64,000 bases of DNA from an uncultured Gemmatimonadaceae bacterium (GTDB lineage: Bacteria; Gemmatimonadota; Gemmatimonadetes; Gemmatimonadales; Gemmatimonadaceae): contig OY970320.1 of the NCBI GenBank assembly GCA_963716745.1, forward strand, positions 480,001-544,000, given 5' to 3'. Below, piece by piece: positions 1 to 10,766 of the stretch; within the stretch, counting starts at the first letter, position 1, and each line of letters begins with the position of its first letter. The translations under genes and the position numbers were made by a program. A model generated the notes under the pieces. The model made no database searches. It worked only from the letters and a program-made list of their open reading frames with translations, and had not been told where the DNA came from.

Positions 1-316
1 GCATCGCGATGTCCTTCACGAGCTGCTTGAACTCGTCGGTGCGCGCCACGAAGTCGGTCTCACAGTTCACTTCCACCATCACGCCCACTTTGCCGTTGTG
101 ATGGATGTAGTGCCCGACCGACCCTTCGCTGGCCGCGCGGCCCGCGCGCTTCTCGGCCTTCACGATCCCCTTGGCGCGAAGATGTTCGGCGGCCTTATCC
201 ATGTCGCCGTTCATCTCCTGCAACGCCTTCTTGGCGTCCATCATGCCCGCGCCGGTGCGCTGGCGGAGATCCTGTACGTCCTTCGCGCTGATGTCCTTCT
301 TCCCCGTCATTGTCAT
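1..316 (-). CDS. tsf: Elongation factor Ts (N-terminal part, runs off window)
   Basis: Manual translation: [32 protein letters not shown]...[11 protein letters not shown], the EF-Ts signature; lies downstream of rpsB. Confidence 0.97.
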   Translation of the reverse strand, partial: MTMTGKKDISAKDVQDLRQRTGAGMMDAKKALQEMNGDMDKAAEHLRAKGIVKAEKRAGRAASEGSVGHYIHHNGKVGVMVEVNCETDFVARTDEFKQLVKDIAM

Positions 317-473
317 TCGTCCTGCACGCCCAAGGCGTGATTCGAAGCGATGCGCCGGCACAGCCCGCGGCACCGCGTAGTTCCTCGTGAGAACGCCGCC
401 GGCGAGAGGCCGGCGGCGTAGACAGTTTACCAAATATAACGGCCCGGCACGAGTCCCCGGGTGCAGCCCTAGT

Positions 474-1388
474 CTACTCGGCCGCCTCTTCAGTTGTCCC
501 TGCGTCGGAGGATTCGGCCGCATCCGCGGCCGGCTCACCCGGTTCACCCGTCTTCAAGCGCGCGGCGATCGCTTCCGGCTTCGCCCGGCGGCGGCGCGTG
601 CGCTTGCGGCGCTTGCGGTCGCCATCATCCGCCGGCTCGCTGCCGCGGTCGGAGCTGTACGTCGTCGCGCCCTCTTCATCCTCGAGCTCTTCATGCTTCG
701 GCGCTTCGCGGCGGGCTTCCCCGATCGCGTTCGCCAGTGTCTGCGTGATCAGCTCCACACTGCGGATCGCGTCGTCGTTGCCAGCGATCGGCACCGTGAT
801 CAGGTCCGGATCCGCGTTCGTGTCCACGATCGCCACGATCGGGATTTTCAGCTTGTTCGCCTCGGTGACGGCGATCTTCTCCTTGCGGGAGTCGATCACG
901 ATCATCAGGCCCGGCAGGCGGCCCATGTTCTTGATGCCCGAGAGGTACTTCGCGAGCTTCTCCTTCTCGCGGTTCATCATGAGCTGTTCTTTCTTCGTGT
1001 AGTTCCCGAACTCGCCGCCTTCCTCGCTCCCCGCCTCGAGGTCCTTGAGGCGGCGGATCTGCTTCTTCACCGTCTGGAAATTGGTGAGGAGGCCGCCGAG
1101 CCAGCGTTCGGTCACGAACATCGCGCCGCACTTCTCGGCCTCGGCCTGCACGATGCCCTTCAGCTGCTTCTTGGTGCAGACGAAGAGCACGCCGTCGCCC
1201 TTCAGGATCGTGTCGCGGCACATCTTCTGCGCGAGGTCGATCTGACGGAGCGTCTTCTGGAGGTCGATGATGTGGATGCCGTTGCGCTCGGCGAAGATGA
1301 ACCGGCGCATCTTGGGATTCCAACGGCGGGTCTGGTGCCCGAAGTGGACCCCGGCAGCGAGCAATTGCTCGAGGGTGGGTGACGTCAT
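474..1388 (-). CDS. rpsB: 30S ribosomal protein S2
   Basis: [19 protein letters not shown] and DTNADPD...GNDDAIRS motifs; start taken at MTSPT. Confidence 0.98.
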   Translation of the reverse strand: MTSPTLEQLLAAGVHFGHQTRRWNPKMRRFIFAERNGIHIIDLQKTLRQIDLAQKMCRDTILKGDGVLFVCTKKQLKGIVQAEAEKCGAMFVTERWLGGLLTNFQTVKKQIRRLKDLEAGSEEGGEFGNYTKKEQLMMNREKEKLAKYLSGIKNMGRLPGLMIVIDSRKEKIAVTEANKLKIPIVAIVDTNADPDLITVPIAGNDDAIRSVELITQTLANAIGEARREAPKHEELEDEEGATTYSSDRGSEPADDGDRKRRKRTRRRRAKPEAIAARLKTGEPGEPAADAAESSDAGTTEEAAE

Positions 1389-1399
1389 TCGCTTTTCAT

Positions 1400-1490
1400 C
1401 CTTCCTGGTTGAGTCCGCCGTTCCCGTCGGCGCTTTAGTGGACCGGGTGGAACCCGGCACCCCCACCGCAGCTCGGGGAACGTGTGAGAT
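1400..1490 (-). promoter_or_regulatory. rpsB leader (S2 autoregulatory, t44-like RNA)
   Basis: Minus strand reads CACACGUUCCC...GGGGUGCC...GGGAACGGCGGACUCAACC directly before rpsB; CGUUCCC/GGGAACG closing stem and GGGGUG motif resemble the S2 leader. Confidence 0.7.
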
Positions 1491-1535
1491 GCGCGGGAGC
1501 GACGGACAGTCCGCCGCTCGCCGCGAGTGAACTGT

Positions 1536-1928
1536 TTACCGCTTGCTGAACTGGAACCGCTTGCGCGCCTTCGGACGGCCCGGCTTCTTGCGCTCCACCG
1601 CGCGCGCATCGCGCGTCAGGAGTCCGAGGTCACGCAGCTTGCGACGGTGCACTTCATCGATCTTCACGAGCGCGCGCGCGGCGGCGAGCCGCAGCGCACC
1701 GGCCTGACCGCTCACACCACCGCCCTCGATGGTCGCCTTCACGTCCCAGCGGCCGAGGTTGTCGGTGATCGTGAATGGCTGCTGGATGGACGACACGAGC
1801 GTGGGCCGCGGGAAATAGTCGCCGAGCGTGCGCCCGTTGACATCCCACTTGCCCGAGCCCGGGCGCAGATAGATCCGGCAGACGCTTTCCTTGCGGCGAC
1901 CGATCGCGTGCGTGACGTCAGCCATCAC
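1536..1928 (-). CDS. rpsI: 30S ribosomal protein S9
   Basis: [16 protein letters not shown] and C-terminal RKRFQFSKR. Confidence 0.98.
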   Translation of the reverse strand: MMADVTHAIGRRKESVCRIYLRPGSGKWDVNGRTLGDYFPRPTLVSSIQQPFTITDNLGRWDVKATIEGGGVSGQAGALRLAAARALVKIDEVHRRKLRDLGLLTRDARAVERKKPGRPKARKRFQFSKR

Positions 1929-2383
1929 TTGCTCTCGCTGTTCTTGAGGTTGAGGACTCTCGGCTGCTGTGCGACGTGCGGATGCTCCGCGCCGGCGTAC
2001 ACCTTGAGCTTGAGGCGGAGCTTCTGGCGGCCGAGCGCTGTTTTCGGCAGCATGCCGAACACAGCCTTCTCGATCACGCGCTCCGGATGCTTCGCGAGCA
2101 TGGACGCGTACGGCGTGAACCGCTCGTGGCCCATGTAACCGGTGTGGCGGAAGTAGCGCTTCTGCTCCGCCTTGCGGCCGGTGACGCGCACCTTGGACGC
2201 GTTGATCACAATGACGTGATCGCCGGTGTCCATGTGGGGCGTGAAGATGGGCTTATGCTTGCCACGGATGATGCGCGCGACTTCGGTGGCGAGGCGCCCA
2301 AGGACGAGGTCCTCGGCGTCCACCACGAACCAGTTCGCGGTGATATCCGTCGGTTTGGCTGAGAAGGTCTTGTTCATAGACAT
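1925..2383 (-). CDS. rplM: 50S ribosomal protein L13
   Basis: WFVVDA...LGRLA...[22 protein letters not shown] motif. Confidence 0.98.
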   Translation of the reverse strand: MSMNKTFSAKPTDITANWFVVDAEDLVLGRLATEVARIIRGKHKPIFTPHMDTGDHVIVINASKVRVTGRKAEQKRYFRHTGYMGHERFTPYASMLAKHPERVIEKAVFGMLPKTALGRQKLRLKLKVYAGAEHPHVAQQPRVLNLKNSESK

Positions 2384-2413
2384 AGTAGGGGACGGCATTT
2401 GGGACAGACTTAC

Positions 2414-2442
2414 AAGCTAGTTACGCTGGTAAGTCGTGTCAA
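2414..2442 (-). promoter_or_regulatory. Sigma70-type promoter of rplM operon
   Basis: TTGACA (2442-2437), 17-bp spacer, TAGCTT (2419-2414). Confidence 0.7.
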
Positions 2443-2483
2443 CTCCACGAGATAGTGGGATTGTGGTCCCACTGACTCAACCC

Positions 2484-3266
2484 CTACCGGAAGTGGTAGT
2501 CGATCCCCGCCCGGAGCACGTTCAGGCTCACCGCCGCCGAGTGCGTGAACATGACGTTCGGGTAGGTGTTGGTCCCACCTTCCCCGTCGGACGACGTCAA
2601 GTTGTCGCTCGTTCCCGACATGGTGCCCAGACTCGCGTAGAGATACTCGAATCGCACGGACCACTTGCTCGCGGGGCCGAGCAGATACTCGGCGCCGGCG
2701 CCCAGCGTCCAGCCGGTCTGTGCCGAGGATTGCGACGCGGACTCATCGGCGCTCGCGTTTGTGTCGGTGAAGTGCTCCGTGTATTTCACGGTGCCGAACG
2801 TAACGCCGCCGGCGCCGTAAAAGAGCCACTGTGGCGTGGCGTAGCCGAGCCGAATGCGCGCCGTGCCGAGCGAGCTGGCCTTCACGGTCTGATCGATCGT
2901 GAAATCGGCGTCGCAGCAGGGGTAGGTGCCCGTATTGCTATGCGAACTGCTCACGCTGAGCGCGCTGTAGTCGACCTCGAAGCCCAGCACCCATTGCTTC
3001 GCGACGAGGTTATAGCCGGCGCTGAGGCCCGCGGTGAGGCCGCCGGGCGAGGCGCTGTTCGTGCCGGCCGCGTTGATAGGTGCGAGGCTCGAGGTCGGGA
3101 AATAGTCCTGGGCGGGATCCGTGACGGTCTCGGTCGTCTTCGTCGACCCGAGCCCGTAGCCGGCAACCGCACCGACGTAGAAACCGCCGAACGCGGACTG
3201 GGCGTGCGTGCCGGTCGTGAGGGCTGCGAGCACGGTGATGGCGAGCGAGAGACGGGCGGATCGCAT
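2484..3266 (-). CDS. Outer membrane beta-barrel protein (Omp31/RopB-like)
   Basis: Signal peptide, FGGFYVGAVAGYG, GWTLGAGAEY and C-terminal RAGIDYHF. Confidence 0.85.
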   Translation of the reverse strand: MRSARLSLAITVLAALTTGTHAQSAFGGFYVGAVAGYGLGSTKTTETVTDPAQDYFPTSSLAPINAAGTNSASPGGLTAGLSAGYNLVAKQWVLGFEVDYSALSVSSSHSNTGTYPCCDADFTIDQTVKASSLGTARIRLGYATPQWLFYGAGGVTFGTVKYTEHFTDTNASADESASQSSAQTGWTLGAGAEYLLGPASKWSVRFEYLYASLGTMSGTSDNLTSSDGEGGTNTYPNVMFTHSAAVSLNVLRAGIDYHFR

Positions 3267-3331
3267 GAGACGCTCCAAGGCTGGGTACGGATAGAACGTG
3301 CGGCGTCGCGCTTCCGTTGCGTGTGAGTCGC

Positions 3332-3832
3332 TCATTCCATTTCCACGAGGGTCGCGCCCTTCTCCACGGCATCGCCGGGTGCGACGCGCACGGCCTTCAC
3401 GACGCCGGCGCCGTGGGCGCGCAGTTCGTTCTCCATCTTCATCGCCTCCATTGCGATGAGCCCCTGTCCCGCTTCCACCGTGTCGCCGGCTCTCACGTGC
3501 ACGCGCACGATGAGGCCGGGCATGGGCGCGAGCAGCGGCACGGGACCCGTGGGTCCAGCCGCCGCGGCGGTGAGATCGCGGATGGTGCGCGTGCGCTCGT
3601 CGAGCGCTTCCACGTCGTAGCTGAAGCCGTCCATCCAGAGCGTGTAGGCGCCGCGTCCCTTCCGCGCGCGCACGACCACGCGATGCACCTCGGTGCCGAT
3701 GGTGACGAGACGCACCGGCGTACCTTCCACCGCGCGTAGAGTGGCGGCCCGCTCAGCGCCCTCCACGGTAGCGCGACCCGGCTCCAGATCCACCGTGATC
3801 CGTGTGCCGCGCACATCAACGATGTACTTCAC
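3332..3832 (-). CDS. Biotin carboxyl carrier subunit of acyl-CoA carboxylase
   Basis: APMPG and EAMKMENE biotinylation motif. Confidence 0.93.
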   Translation of the reverse strand: MKYIVDVRGTRITVDLEPGRATVEGAERAATLRAVEGTPVRLVTIGTEVHRVVVRARKGRGAYTLWMDGFSYDVEALDERTRTIRDLTAAAAGPTGPVPLLAPMPGLIVRVHVRAGDTVEAGQGLIAMEAMKMENELRAHGAGVVKAVRVAPGDAVEKGATLVEME

Positions 3833-5100
3833 GCGGCCTCCGGGACGAGTTCGCACACGGTCTCGACGTGCGCCGTCTGCGGGAACATGTCGAAGCAGAC
3901 GAGCGAGGCGATCCGCCAGCGCGGCAGCCGCGCGAGGTCGCGCGCGAGCGTCGCGGGGTCGCAGCTCACGTAGACCACGGCGCGCGTCTCGGCGGCGCCG
4001 GTCTCGAGCAATGTCGTGATGGCGGCGTCGACGCCGGCGCGCGGTGGGTTCAGCACGATCACGTCGGCGGGCAGCGCGTCAGCGAGCATGTCCTCAACGC
4101 GCGCCGCGACCACGCGCGAGCCAGGCGGCAGGCGCTGTGCGCACCACGCGGCCGCATCCTCGTCGAGTTCGATCGCCGTGACGCGCACGCCGACGGACGC
4201 GGCGGCGGCCGCGGTCTCGCCGAGTCCGGCGTAGGCGTCCACGAGCGTCGCGGGCCGGTGCGCCATCGCGCGTTCCAGCGCGTGCCGCTGGAGCGCGGGC
4301 GCCATCGCCGCGTTCACTTGTGCGAAGCTCGCTCCGGGCGCGCCGGTCGCGCCGCGGTGCCCGATGCGGCGCCGCACGCCGCCCTCCGGCGTCCACCAGA
4401 GCGACGCGATCGAGGCGACGCGCGCGAAGAACTTGTCGCTCGCCGGCCAGGACAGTCCGCCCTCGAGCGCGAACGATGCGTGCTCGCCATCGATGCGCAC
4501 CGCGCCGCGCAGCTCGATCGCATCGGGAAGATCGGCGCCATGCGCGAGCACGTCGCGCCACACGGCGAGGATCCGCTCGTCGGTGATCGGGCAGTCCTCG
4601 AGCGCGAACACGCGGCCGGGCGCGTCGTACGGATGCATGCCGGCGTACCATTGCGCGCCGCGGCGGCGCATCGCGAGCGTGAGCTTGCCGCGGTACCGCC
4701 ACGTCGCGGGCGACGGACGCACCTCGGGCGGCGCCACATCACGGTGCCCGATGCGCTTGAGCGAGTCGCTCACGATGCGCGCCTTCACGGCGCGCTGTGC
4801 GTCGTAGGAGAGGTGCTGGATCTGGCATCCGCCGCACTTGTCGCGCGTGTAGTGCACGCACCGCGCGTCCACGCGGTCGGCCGAGGGCGCCTCGAGCGAC
4901 CGCAGTGCGCCGCGCGCGAAGCGCGGACCCGGAACGAACTCGATGACCGCGCGATCGCCGGGCGCGGTGCGCGGCGTGAAGACCACGAGCCCCTCGTGGC
5001 GGCTCACGCCGTCGCCGCCCGCGGCGATCGCGGTGACGTCGAGAACAGCGGAGGTCGACTGTCGGCTGTCGGCTGTCGGCGAACGGCGGTGGGTCCTCAT
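3829..5100 (-). CDS. rlmD: 23S rRNA m5U methyltransferase (RlmD/TrmA family)
   Basis: TRAM domain, C...CGGC, NPPRAG, YVSCDPATLARD, DMFPQTAHVE. Confidence 0.85.
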   Translation of the reverse strand: MRTHRRSPTADSRQSTSAVLDVTAIAAGGDGVSRHEGLVVFTPRTAPGDRAVIEFVPGPRFARGALRSLEAPSADRVDARCVHYTRDKCGGCQIQHLSYDAQRAVKARIVSDSLKRIGHRDVAPPEVRPSPATWRYRGKLTLAMRRRGAQWYAGMHPYDAPGRVFALEDCPITDERILAVWRDVLAHGADLPDAIELRGAVRIDGEHASFALEGGLSWPASDKFFARVASIASLWWTPEGGVRRRIGHRGATGAPGASFAQVNAAMAPALQRHALERAMAHRPATLVDAYAGLGETAAAAASVGVRVTAIELDEDAAAWCAQRLPPGSRVVAARVEDMLADALPADVIVLNPPRAGVDAAITTLLETGAAETRAVVYVSCDPATLARDLARLPRWRIASLVCFDMFPQTAHVETVCELVPEAA

Positions 5101-6608
5101 TCGCGGAGGGCCTCGCGGCGAGCGGCGATCTGCCAGGCGTCGGCGGACGCGGAGGAAGGCGAAGCGGATGACGGAACGCGACGCGACGTGCGCTCCTCTT
5201 CGGCGAGCAGCGCGGCGGCGATCGCGGCGGCGAGGTCGCCGCCAGCGGGCGGTGCCACGCTCGTCAGCGACGCGAGCCGCCGCTCGAGCCACTGGATGTC
5301 GATCGCGCCCTTCCGGAAATCGTCGTCCTCCATCACGCGCAAGTGGAAATCGCGCGAGGTCTCGACGCCCTCCACCGTGAGCTCGAGCAGCGCGCGATGC
5401 ATGCGCGCGATCGCCGCGTCACGCGTGGGCGCCCACACGATGAGCTTCGCGAGCATCGGATCATAGTGCAGACCCACTTCCGTGCCGATCCCGATGCCGC
5501 CGTCCCAGCGCACACCGGGTCCGCCCGGCAGCCGCAGGTACGAGATGCGGCCGGTGGACGGCAGGAAATCGTTGGCCGGGTCCTCGCTCGTGATGCGGCA
5601 CTCGATCGACCAGCCGCGCGGCGTGAACTGCTCCTGCGTGAACGGGAGCCGCTCGCCGCGTGCGATGCGCAGCTGCCACTGCACGATGTCGATGCCCGTG
5701 ACGAGTTCGGTGACCGGATGTTCCACCTGCAGCCGGGTGTTCATTTCCAGGAAATAGAAACTGCCGTCGCGGTCGAGCAGGAATTCGCAGGTGCCGGCAT
5801 TCACATAGCCGGCCGCGAGCGCCGCCTTCACCGCGGTGTCACCCATGCGCTTCCGCAACTCCGGAGTCACGGCCACGCTTGGCGCTTCTTCGATCATCTT
5901 CTGATGGCGCCGCTGCACCGAGCATTCGCGCTCGCCAAGCGAGAGCATCGTGCCATGCATGTCGCCGAGCACCTGGATCTCCACATGGCGCGGCCCGCTG
6001 ATGTATTTCTCCACGTACACGGCGTCGTCGCCGAAGGCGTTCTTCGCCTCGCGCCGCGCGCTGTCGAGCGCGCCGGCGAGTTCGCTCTCGGCCTTCACGA
6101 CGCGCATCCCCTTCCCGCCGCCGCCGGCCGCCGCCTTGAGCAGCACCGGATAGCCGAAGCTCTTCGCGATGCGCGCCGCTTCCGTGGCATCGCGCAGCGG
6201 CTCGGCGGTGCCGGGCACCACCGGCACGCCGGCCTTCATAGCGAGCGTGCGTGCGGCGGTCTTGCTCCCGAGCGCGGCGATCGCTTCGGGCGGCGGGCCG
6301 ACGAACACGAGACCGGCGTCACGTACCGCGCGCGCGAAATGCTCGCGCTCGGCAAGGAATCCGTAGCCTGGATGGATCGCGCCGGCGCCGGTGCGCTTCG
6401 CAGCCTCGATGAGCTTGTCGGCGCGCAGATAGCTCTCGGTGGATGCGGCCGGGCCGATCGCGACGGCCTCGTCCGCCTCTCGCACGTGCGGCGCGCCGGC
6501 GTCGGGCTCGCTGTACACCGCGACCGATCGCAGCCCCAATTCCTGGCACGCGCGCACGATCCGCAGCGCGATCTCGCCGCGATTCGCGATCAGGACCTTA
6601 TCGAACAT
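5097..6608 (-). CDS. accC: Biotin carboxylase subunit
   Basis: KVLIANRGEIA, HPGYGFLAE, GGGGKGMR, EMNTRLQVEHPVTE. Confidence 0.95.
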   Translation of the reverse strand: MFDKVLIANRGEIALRIVRACQELGLRSVAVYSEPDAGAPHVREADEAVAIGPAASTESYLRADKLIEAAKRTGAGAIHPGYGFLAEREHFARAVRDAGLVFVGPPPEAIAALGSKTAARTLAMKAGVPVVPGTAEPLRDATEAARIAKSFGYPVLLKAAAGGGGKGMRVVKAESELAGALDSARREAKNAFGDDAVYVEKYISGPRHVEIQVLGDMHGTMLSLGERECSVQRRHQKMIEEAPSVAVTPELRKRMGDTAVKAALAAGYVNAGTCEFLLDRDGSFYFLEMNTRLQVEHPVTELVTGIDIVQWQLRIARGERLPFTQEQFTPRGWSIECRITSEDPANDFLPSTGRISYLRLPGGPGVRWDGGIGIGTEVGLHYDPMLAKLIVWAPTRDAAIARMHRALLELTVEGVETSRDFHLRVMEDDDFRKGAIDIQWLERRLASLTSVAPPAGGDLAAAIAAALLAEEERTSRRVPSSASPSSASADAWQIAARREALRE

Positions 6609-7104
6609 CGCGCGGTTCCAGGGCAGTCGCGAGGATGCGCTCCAGCGGCGCGCGCGCGAATTGCGTGCGGCCTACGAAACTGAAACGCACGATGCGTTTG
6701 GCGTCGATCAGGAAGCAGGCGGGATGCGCAATGTTGAACGCGTCGAGTCCGATGGGGTGCCACACACCGTACTGTTTGATCACGGCGCGGTCCGGATCGC
6801 AGAGCAGCGGGAACGGATAGCCCTTCTTCGATCCCTTAATGGCGTCGCCCATCCGCCCGCACGATTGCGGCAGGATCGCGGCGATGCCGATCGTGGCGCG
6901 CTCATAGAGCGGCCACTCGTCGCGCAGCTCCCCGAGCTGCCCGCGGCAGTTGGGTCACCAGAATCCGCGGTGGAAGACAAGCAGGAGCCCGGACCGCTCA
7001 CGCAGCAGGTCCGCGAGCGACGTGCGCTCGCCGCTCGCGGCGTCGGTGAGCGTGAACGGCGGCGCCGTGTCGCCAATGTGGAGCGTCGCGCTCGGCCCGG
7101 CCAT
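6598..7104 (-). CDS. AhpC/TSA peroxiredoxin-like selenoprotein (UxxC), 168 aa
   Basis: ATG at 7104 overlaps the upstream stop; reads [19 protein letters not shown]...LVFHRGFW-TGA(6957-6955)-PNCRGQL... in frame with ORF 6598..6852; hairpin follows the TGA. Confidence 0.88.
6921..6945 (-). promoter_or_regulatory. Putative bacterial SECIS element
   Basis: GCAGCUC-GGG-GAGCUGC 7-bp stem with G-rich loop starting 14 nt after UGA, extended by a CGC/GCG lower stem. Confidence 0.75.
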
Positions 7105-8654
7105 CAGAGCGGGATGTTGCCATGCTTCTTCGGTGGGTTGCGGTCGCGCTTCGCGCGCAGCGTCTCGAGCGCATCGATGAGACGCGGGCGCGTCTCCCGA
7201 GGATCGATGATGTCATCCAGATAGCCGCGCCCCGCGGCGATGTACGGATGCGCGAACTTCTCGCGATACTCGTTGATCTTCTGCTCGGTGGCGGCCTCGG
7301 CATCCTTGCTCTCCGCGATCTCCTTGCGGAAGAGGATCTCCACCGCGCCCTTGGGACCCATGACCGCGATCTCGGCGGTGGGCCATGCCAGATTGAAGTC
7401 GCCGCGGATGTGCTTGCTGCTCATGACGTCGTACGCGCCGCCGTACGCCTTGCGCGTGATCACCGTGAGCTTGGGCACCGTCGCCTCGCAGTACGCGTAG
7501 AGCAATTTCGCGCCGTGACGGATGATGCCGTGGTGCTCCTGCGCGACGCCGGGCAGGAAACCCGGCACATCCTCGAACGTGATGATCGGGATGTTGAACG
7601 CATCGCAGAAGCGGATGAAGCGCGCGGCTTTGATGCTCGCGTCGATGTCGAGCACGCCAGCGAGCACGGCCGGCTGGTTCGCGACGATGCCCACCGAGAT
7701 CCCGCCCAGGTGTGCGAAGCCGCAGAGGATGTTGCGCGCATAATCGCCGTGCACCTCATAGAACGTGCCGTCGTCCACGACGCGGCGCAGCACGTCGTGC
7801 ATATCGTACGGTTTGTTGGGATTGTCGGGCACGACGTCCAGCAACCCTTCGTCGCGGCGATCGCGCGGATCGGTGCCGGCGCCGCGCGGTGCCTCGCTGA
7901 GATTGTTCGGCGGAATGAAGTGCAGCAGATCGCGGATCGCACCAAGACATGCGAACTCCGAATCGTGCGCGAAGTGCGCGACGCCGCTCATGCTCGCGTG
8001 CGTGTCGGCGCCGCCGAGCTGCTCCATCGTTACGTCTTCGTGCGTGACGGTCTTCACGACGTTCGGGCCGGTCACGAACATGAAGGACGTGCCGCGCACC
8101 ATGTACACGAAATCGGTGATCGCCGGCGAGTACACCGCGCCGCCCGCGCAGGGGCCGAGGATCGCCGAGATCTGCGGCACCACGCCGCTCGCGAGCGTGT
8201 TGCGCTTGAAGATCTCCGCGTAGCCGCCGAGGGAGACGACGCCCTCCTGGATGCGCGCGCCGCCGGAATCGTTGAGGCCGATCACCGGTGCGCCATTGCG
8301 CACGGCGTGATCCATTACCTTGCAGATCTTCTCGGCGTGCGATTCGGAGAGCGAGCCGCCGAAGACGGTGAAGTCCTGCGAGAAGACGTACACGAGCTGA
8401 CCGTGCACGCGGCCGTACCCGGTGACGACGCCGTCGCCGTACGGGCGCTGCTCTTCGAGACCGAAATCGGATGAGCGGTGGACGACGAAGCGGTCGAGTT
8501 CGACGAACGTGCCCTCATCGAGGAGCACATCCAGCCGCTCGCGCGCCGAGAGCTTTCCCTTGTCGTGCTGCGCTTTGAGGCGGGCGGCACCGCCGCCGAG
8601 TTCACTCTCGGCGCGGCGTTTCTCGAGGAGTTCGAGCTTCTCTCGCATGCTCAT
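7104..8654 (-). CDS. Acyl-CoA (propionyl/methylmalonyl-CoA) carboxylase carboxyltransferase subunit
   Basis: [45 protein letters not shown]. Confidence 0.95.
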   Translation of the reverse strand: MSMREKLELLEKRRAESELGGGAARLKAQHDKGKLSARERLDVLLDEGTFVELDRFVVHRSSDFGLEEQRPYGDGVVTGYGRVHGQLVYVFSQDFTVFGGSLSESHAEKICKVMDHAVRNGAPVIGLNDSGGARIQEGVVSLGGYAEIFKRNTLASGVVPQISAILGPCAGGAVYSPAITDFVYMVRGTSFMFVTGPNVVKTVTHEDVTMEQLGGADTHASMSGVAHFAHDSEFACLGAIRDLLHFIPPNNLSEAPRGAGTDPRDRRDEGLLDVVPDNPNKPYDMHDVLRRVVDDGTFYEVHGDYARNILCGFAHLGGISVGIVANQPAVLAGVLDIDASIKAARFIRFCDAFNIPIITFEDVPGFLPGVAQEHHGIIRHGAKLLYAYCEATVPKLTVITRKAYGGAYDVMSSKHIRGDFNLAWPTAEIAVMGPKGAVEILFRKEIAESKDAEAATEQKINEYREKFAHPYIAAGRGYLDDIIDPRETRPRLIDALETLRAKRDRNPPKKHGNIPL

Positions 8655-8702
8655 GGCCAAAACCTAGCGTCGGAGCCTGTCGGCCGCGAGCGTGGACCTC
8701 AC

Positions 8703-8806
8703 GACTGACGGGAAGCGGGAAGCGGGAAGCGCCGCGGAATGCGAGAACTGACGAGGGCTCCTCGTTCGTTCTCGCGTCCCGCGGCGCTTCCCGCTTCCCG
8801 TCAGTC
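8703..8806. repeat. ~100-bp imperfect inverted repeat with (GGGAAGC)n arms, downstream of rpsA
   Basis: GACTGAC(GGGAAGC)3GCCGCGG...CCGCGGC(GCTTCCC)2GTCAGTC. Confidence 0.8.
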
Positions 8807-8832
8807 TCGCTGGACTGCGGAAGCCAGATCCA

Positions 8833-10614
8833 CTAATCGTCTATAGAGTCCATCGCATCCGCCGGCACTTCCACGATCGCTTCCTCGGATTCCATCGGGA
8901 TCACCTTCGAGGGCGTTTCGGGGCGCGGCGGCTGGTCTTCGGGAACGTTCGTGACGGCGAGCACGATGCGGCGGTGGATCGGGTCCACCTCGAGGATGCG
9001 GAGGTCGAGATTCATCGTCTCGTACACCGCGTCCGCCGGATTCGTGACGGGCTTGCCGACGCTCAGTTGCGAGATCGGCACGAAGCCCTCGATATCGTTG
9101 CCGATATCGACGACGACGCCCTTGTCCATCAAGCGCACGACCTTGCCCGGCAGATCGGTGCCCACCGGGTACGTCTCGCCGATCTTGAGCCACGGATCCT
9201 CGACCGCCTGCTTGAGGCCGAGCGAGATCCGCTTGTTGTCCGCGTCGATGTTCAGGATCACGACATCCACCGCGTCGCCCTTCTTCACGACTTCCGACGG
9301 GTGCTGCACACGCTTGGTCCAGCTCATGTCGGAGATGTGAATCAGTCCGTCGATGCCGGGCTCGATCTCCACGAACGCGCCGAACGACGTGAGGTTGCGC
9401 ACTTTGCCGTTGAGGCGCGTGCCCACCGGGTACTTGTACGGCAGCACGACCCACGGATCCTGCTCGGTCTGCTTCATGCCGAGCGAGATCTTCTCCTCGT
9501 TCGGATCGACCTTGAGCACCACCGCCTCGATCACTTCACCGATCGACACGAGCTTGCTCGGGTGGCGCACATTGCGCGTCCAGCTCATCTCGCTGATGTG
9601 CACGAGGCCCTCGATGCCGGGCTCGAGCTCGATGAACGCGCCGTAGTTCGTGATCGATACGACCTTGCCCTGCACGCGCGTACCCACCGGGTACTTGTCC
9701 GCGACGTCCTTCCACGGATAGCTCTGCAGCTGCTTGAGCCCGAGCGAGATGCGCTCGCGCTCCCAATCGATGTCGAGGATCTTCACCTCGAGCTCGGCGC
9801 CGATCTGCACCATTTCCGACGGGTGCGAGATGCGACCCCACGACATGTCGGTGATGTGGAGAAGACCATCCACGCCGCCGAGGTCGATGAAGGCGCCGAA
9901 GTCCGTGATGTTCTTCACGACGCCCTTCCGGATCTGGTCCTTCTGGAGCTCCTTCATGAGCCGCTCGCGCTTGCCCGCGCGCTCGACTTCCAGGATCACG
10001 CGGCGCGAAACGACGATGTTCCGGCGGCGCTTGTTGAGCTTGATGATCTTGAACTCGTACTTCTGGCCGAGGAGCTCGTCGATGTTCGGCACGCGGCGGA
10101 GCGCGATCTGCGAACCGGGCAGGAACGCGTCCACGCCCATGAGGTCGACGACAACGCCGCCCTTGATCTTCTTGACGAGCGTGCCTTCCACCGGCTGATC
10201 CGACTCGTACGCCATGCGGATCTTCTCCCACACGCGCATGAAGTCGGCTTTCTTCTTGGAGAGGACGACCGAGCCTTCGTTGTCCTCGAGATGCTCGAGC
10301 AGGACCTCGACTTCGTCACCGGGCTTGAGGTCGGGGAAGTCCTTGAACTCCTCCAACGGCACAGCGCCCTCGGACTTGAAGCCGATGTCGAGGATGACCA
10401 TGTTGTCGCGGATCTCCAGGACCGTGCTCTTGACGATCTCGCCTTCGTCGATCGAGGCGAGGGTCCCGGCGTACAGTTCGATCATCGCCGCTTCTTCGTC
10501 GGCGGAATACTCGTCGTCGTCCCAGCGATTGTCGCCGTGCGCGAGCAGGCGGAGCTGCCCCTTCATGGGGTCTTTGCGCGGGGTGTCGATCGTGTTCTCT
10601 TCGAGTTCGGGCAT
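8833..10614 (-). CDS. rpsA: 30S ribosomal protein S1
   Basis: Six S1 repeats (FGAFIDLGGVDGLLHITDMSW etc.). Confidence 0.98.
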   Translation of the reverse strand: MPELEENTIDTPRKDPMKGQLRLLAHGDNRWDDDEYSADEEAAMIELYAGTLASIDEGEIVKSTVLEIRDNMVILDIGFKSEGAVPLEEFKDFPDLKPGDEVEVLLEHLEDNEGSVVLSKKKADFMRVWEKIRMAYESDQPVEGTLVKKIKGGVVVDLMGVDAFLPGSQIALRRVPNIDELLGQKYEFKIIKLNKRRRNIVVSRRVILEVERAGKRERLMKELQKDQIRKGVVKNITDFGAFIDLGGVDGLLHITDMSWGRISHPSEMVQIGAELEVKILDIDWERERISLGLKQLQSYPWKDVADKYPVGTRVQGKVVSITNYGAFIELEPGIEGLVHISEMSWTRNVRHPSKLVSIGEVIEAVVLKVDPNEEKISLGMKQTEQDPWVVLPYKYPVGTRLNGKVRNLTSFGAFVEIEPGIDGLIHISDMSWTKRVQHPSEVVKKGDAVDVVILNIDADNKRISLGLKQAVEDPWLKIGETYPVGTDLPGKVVRLMDKGVVVDIGNDIEGFVPISQLSVGKPVTNPADAVYETMNLDLRILEVDPIHRRIVLAVTNVPEDQPPRPETPSKVIPMESEEAIVEVPADAMDSIDD

Positions 10615-10766
10615 GAAGTACGGTTCTCCAGATCGCGGATTTTTTCCTTCGCCGCGCCGAGGATGGGGTGAATTCCTGCTTCGTCGGACGACGGAGCGGG
10701 AGAGCCGTTAAAGGTAAGGGACGCCTGCGATTACTGCAACGGGCGTGAGTCGTGAGTCGTGCGTCA

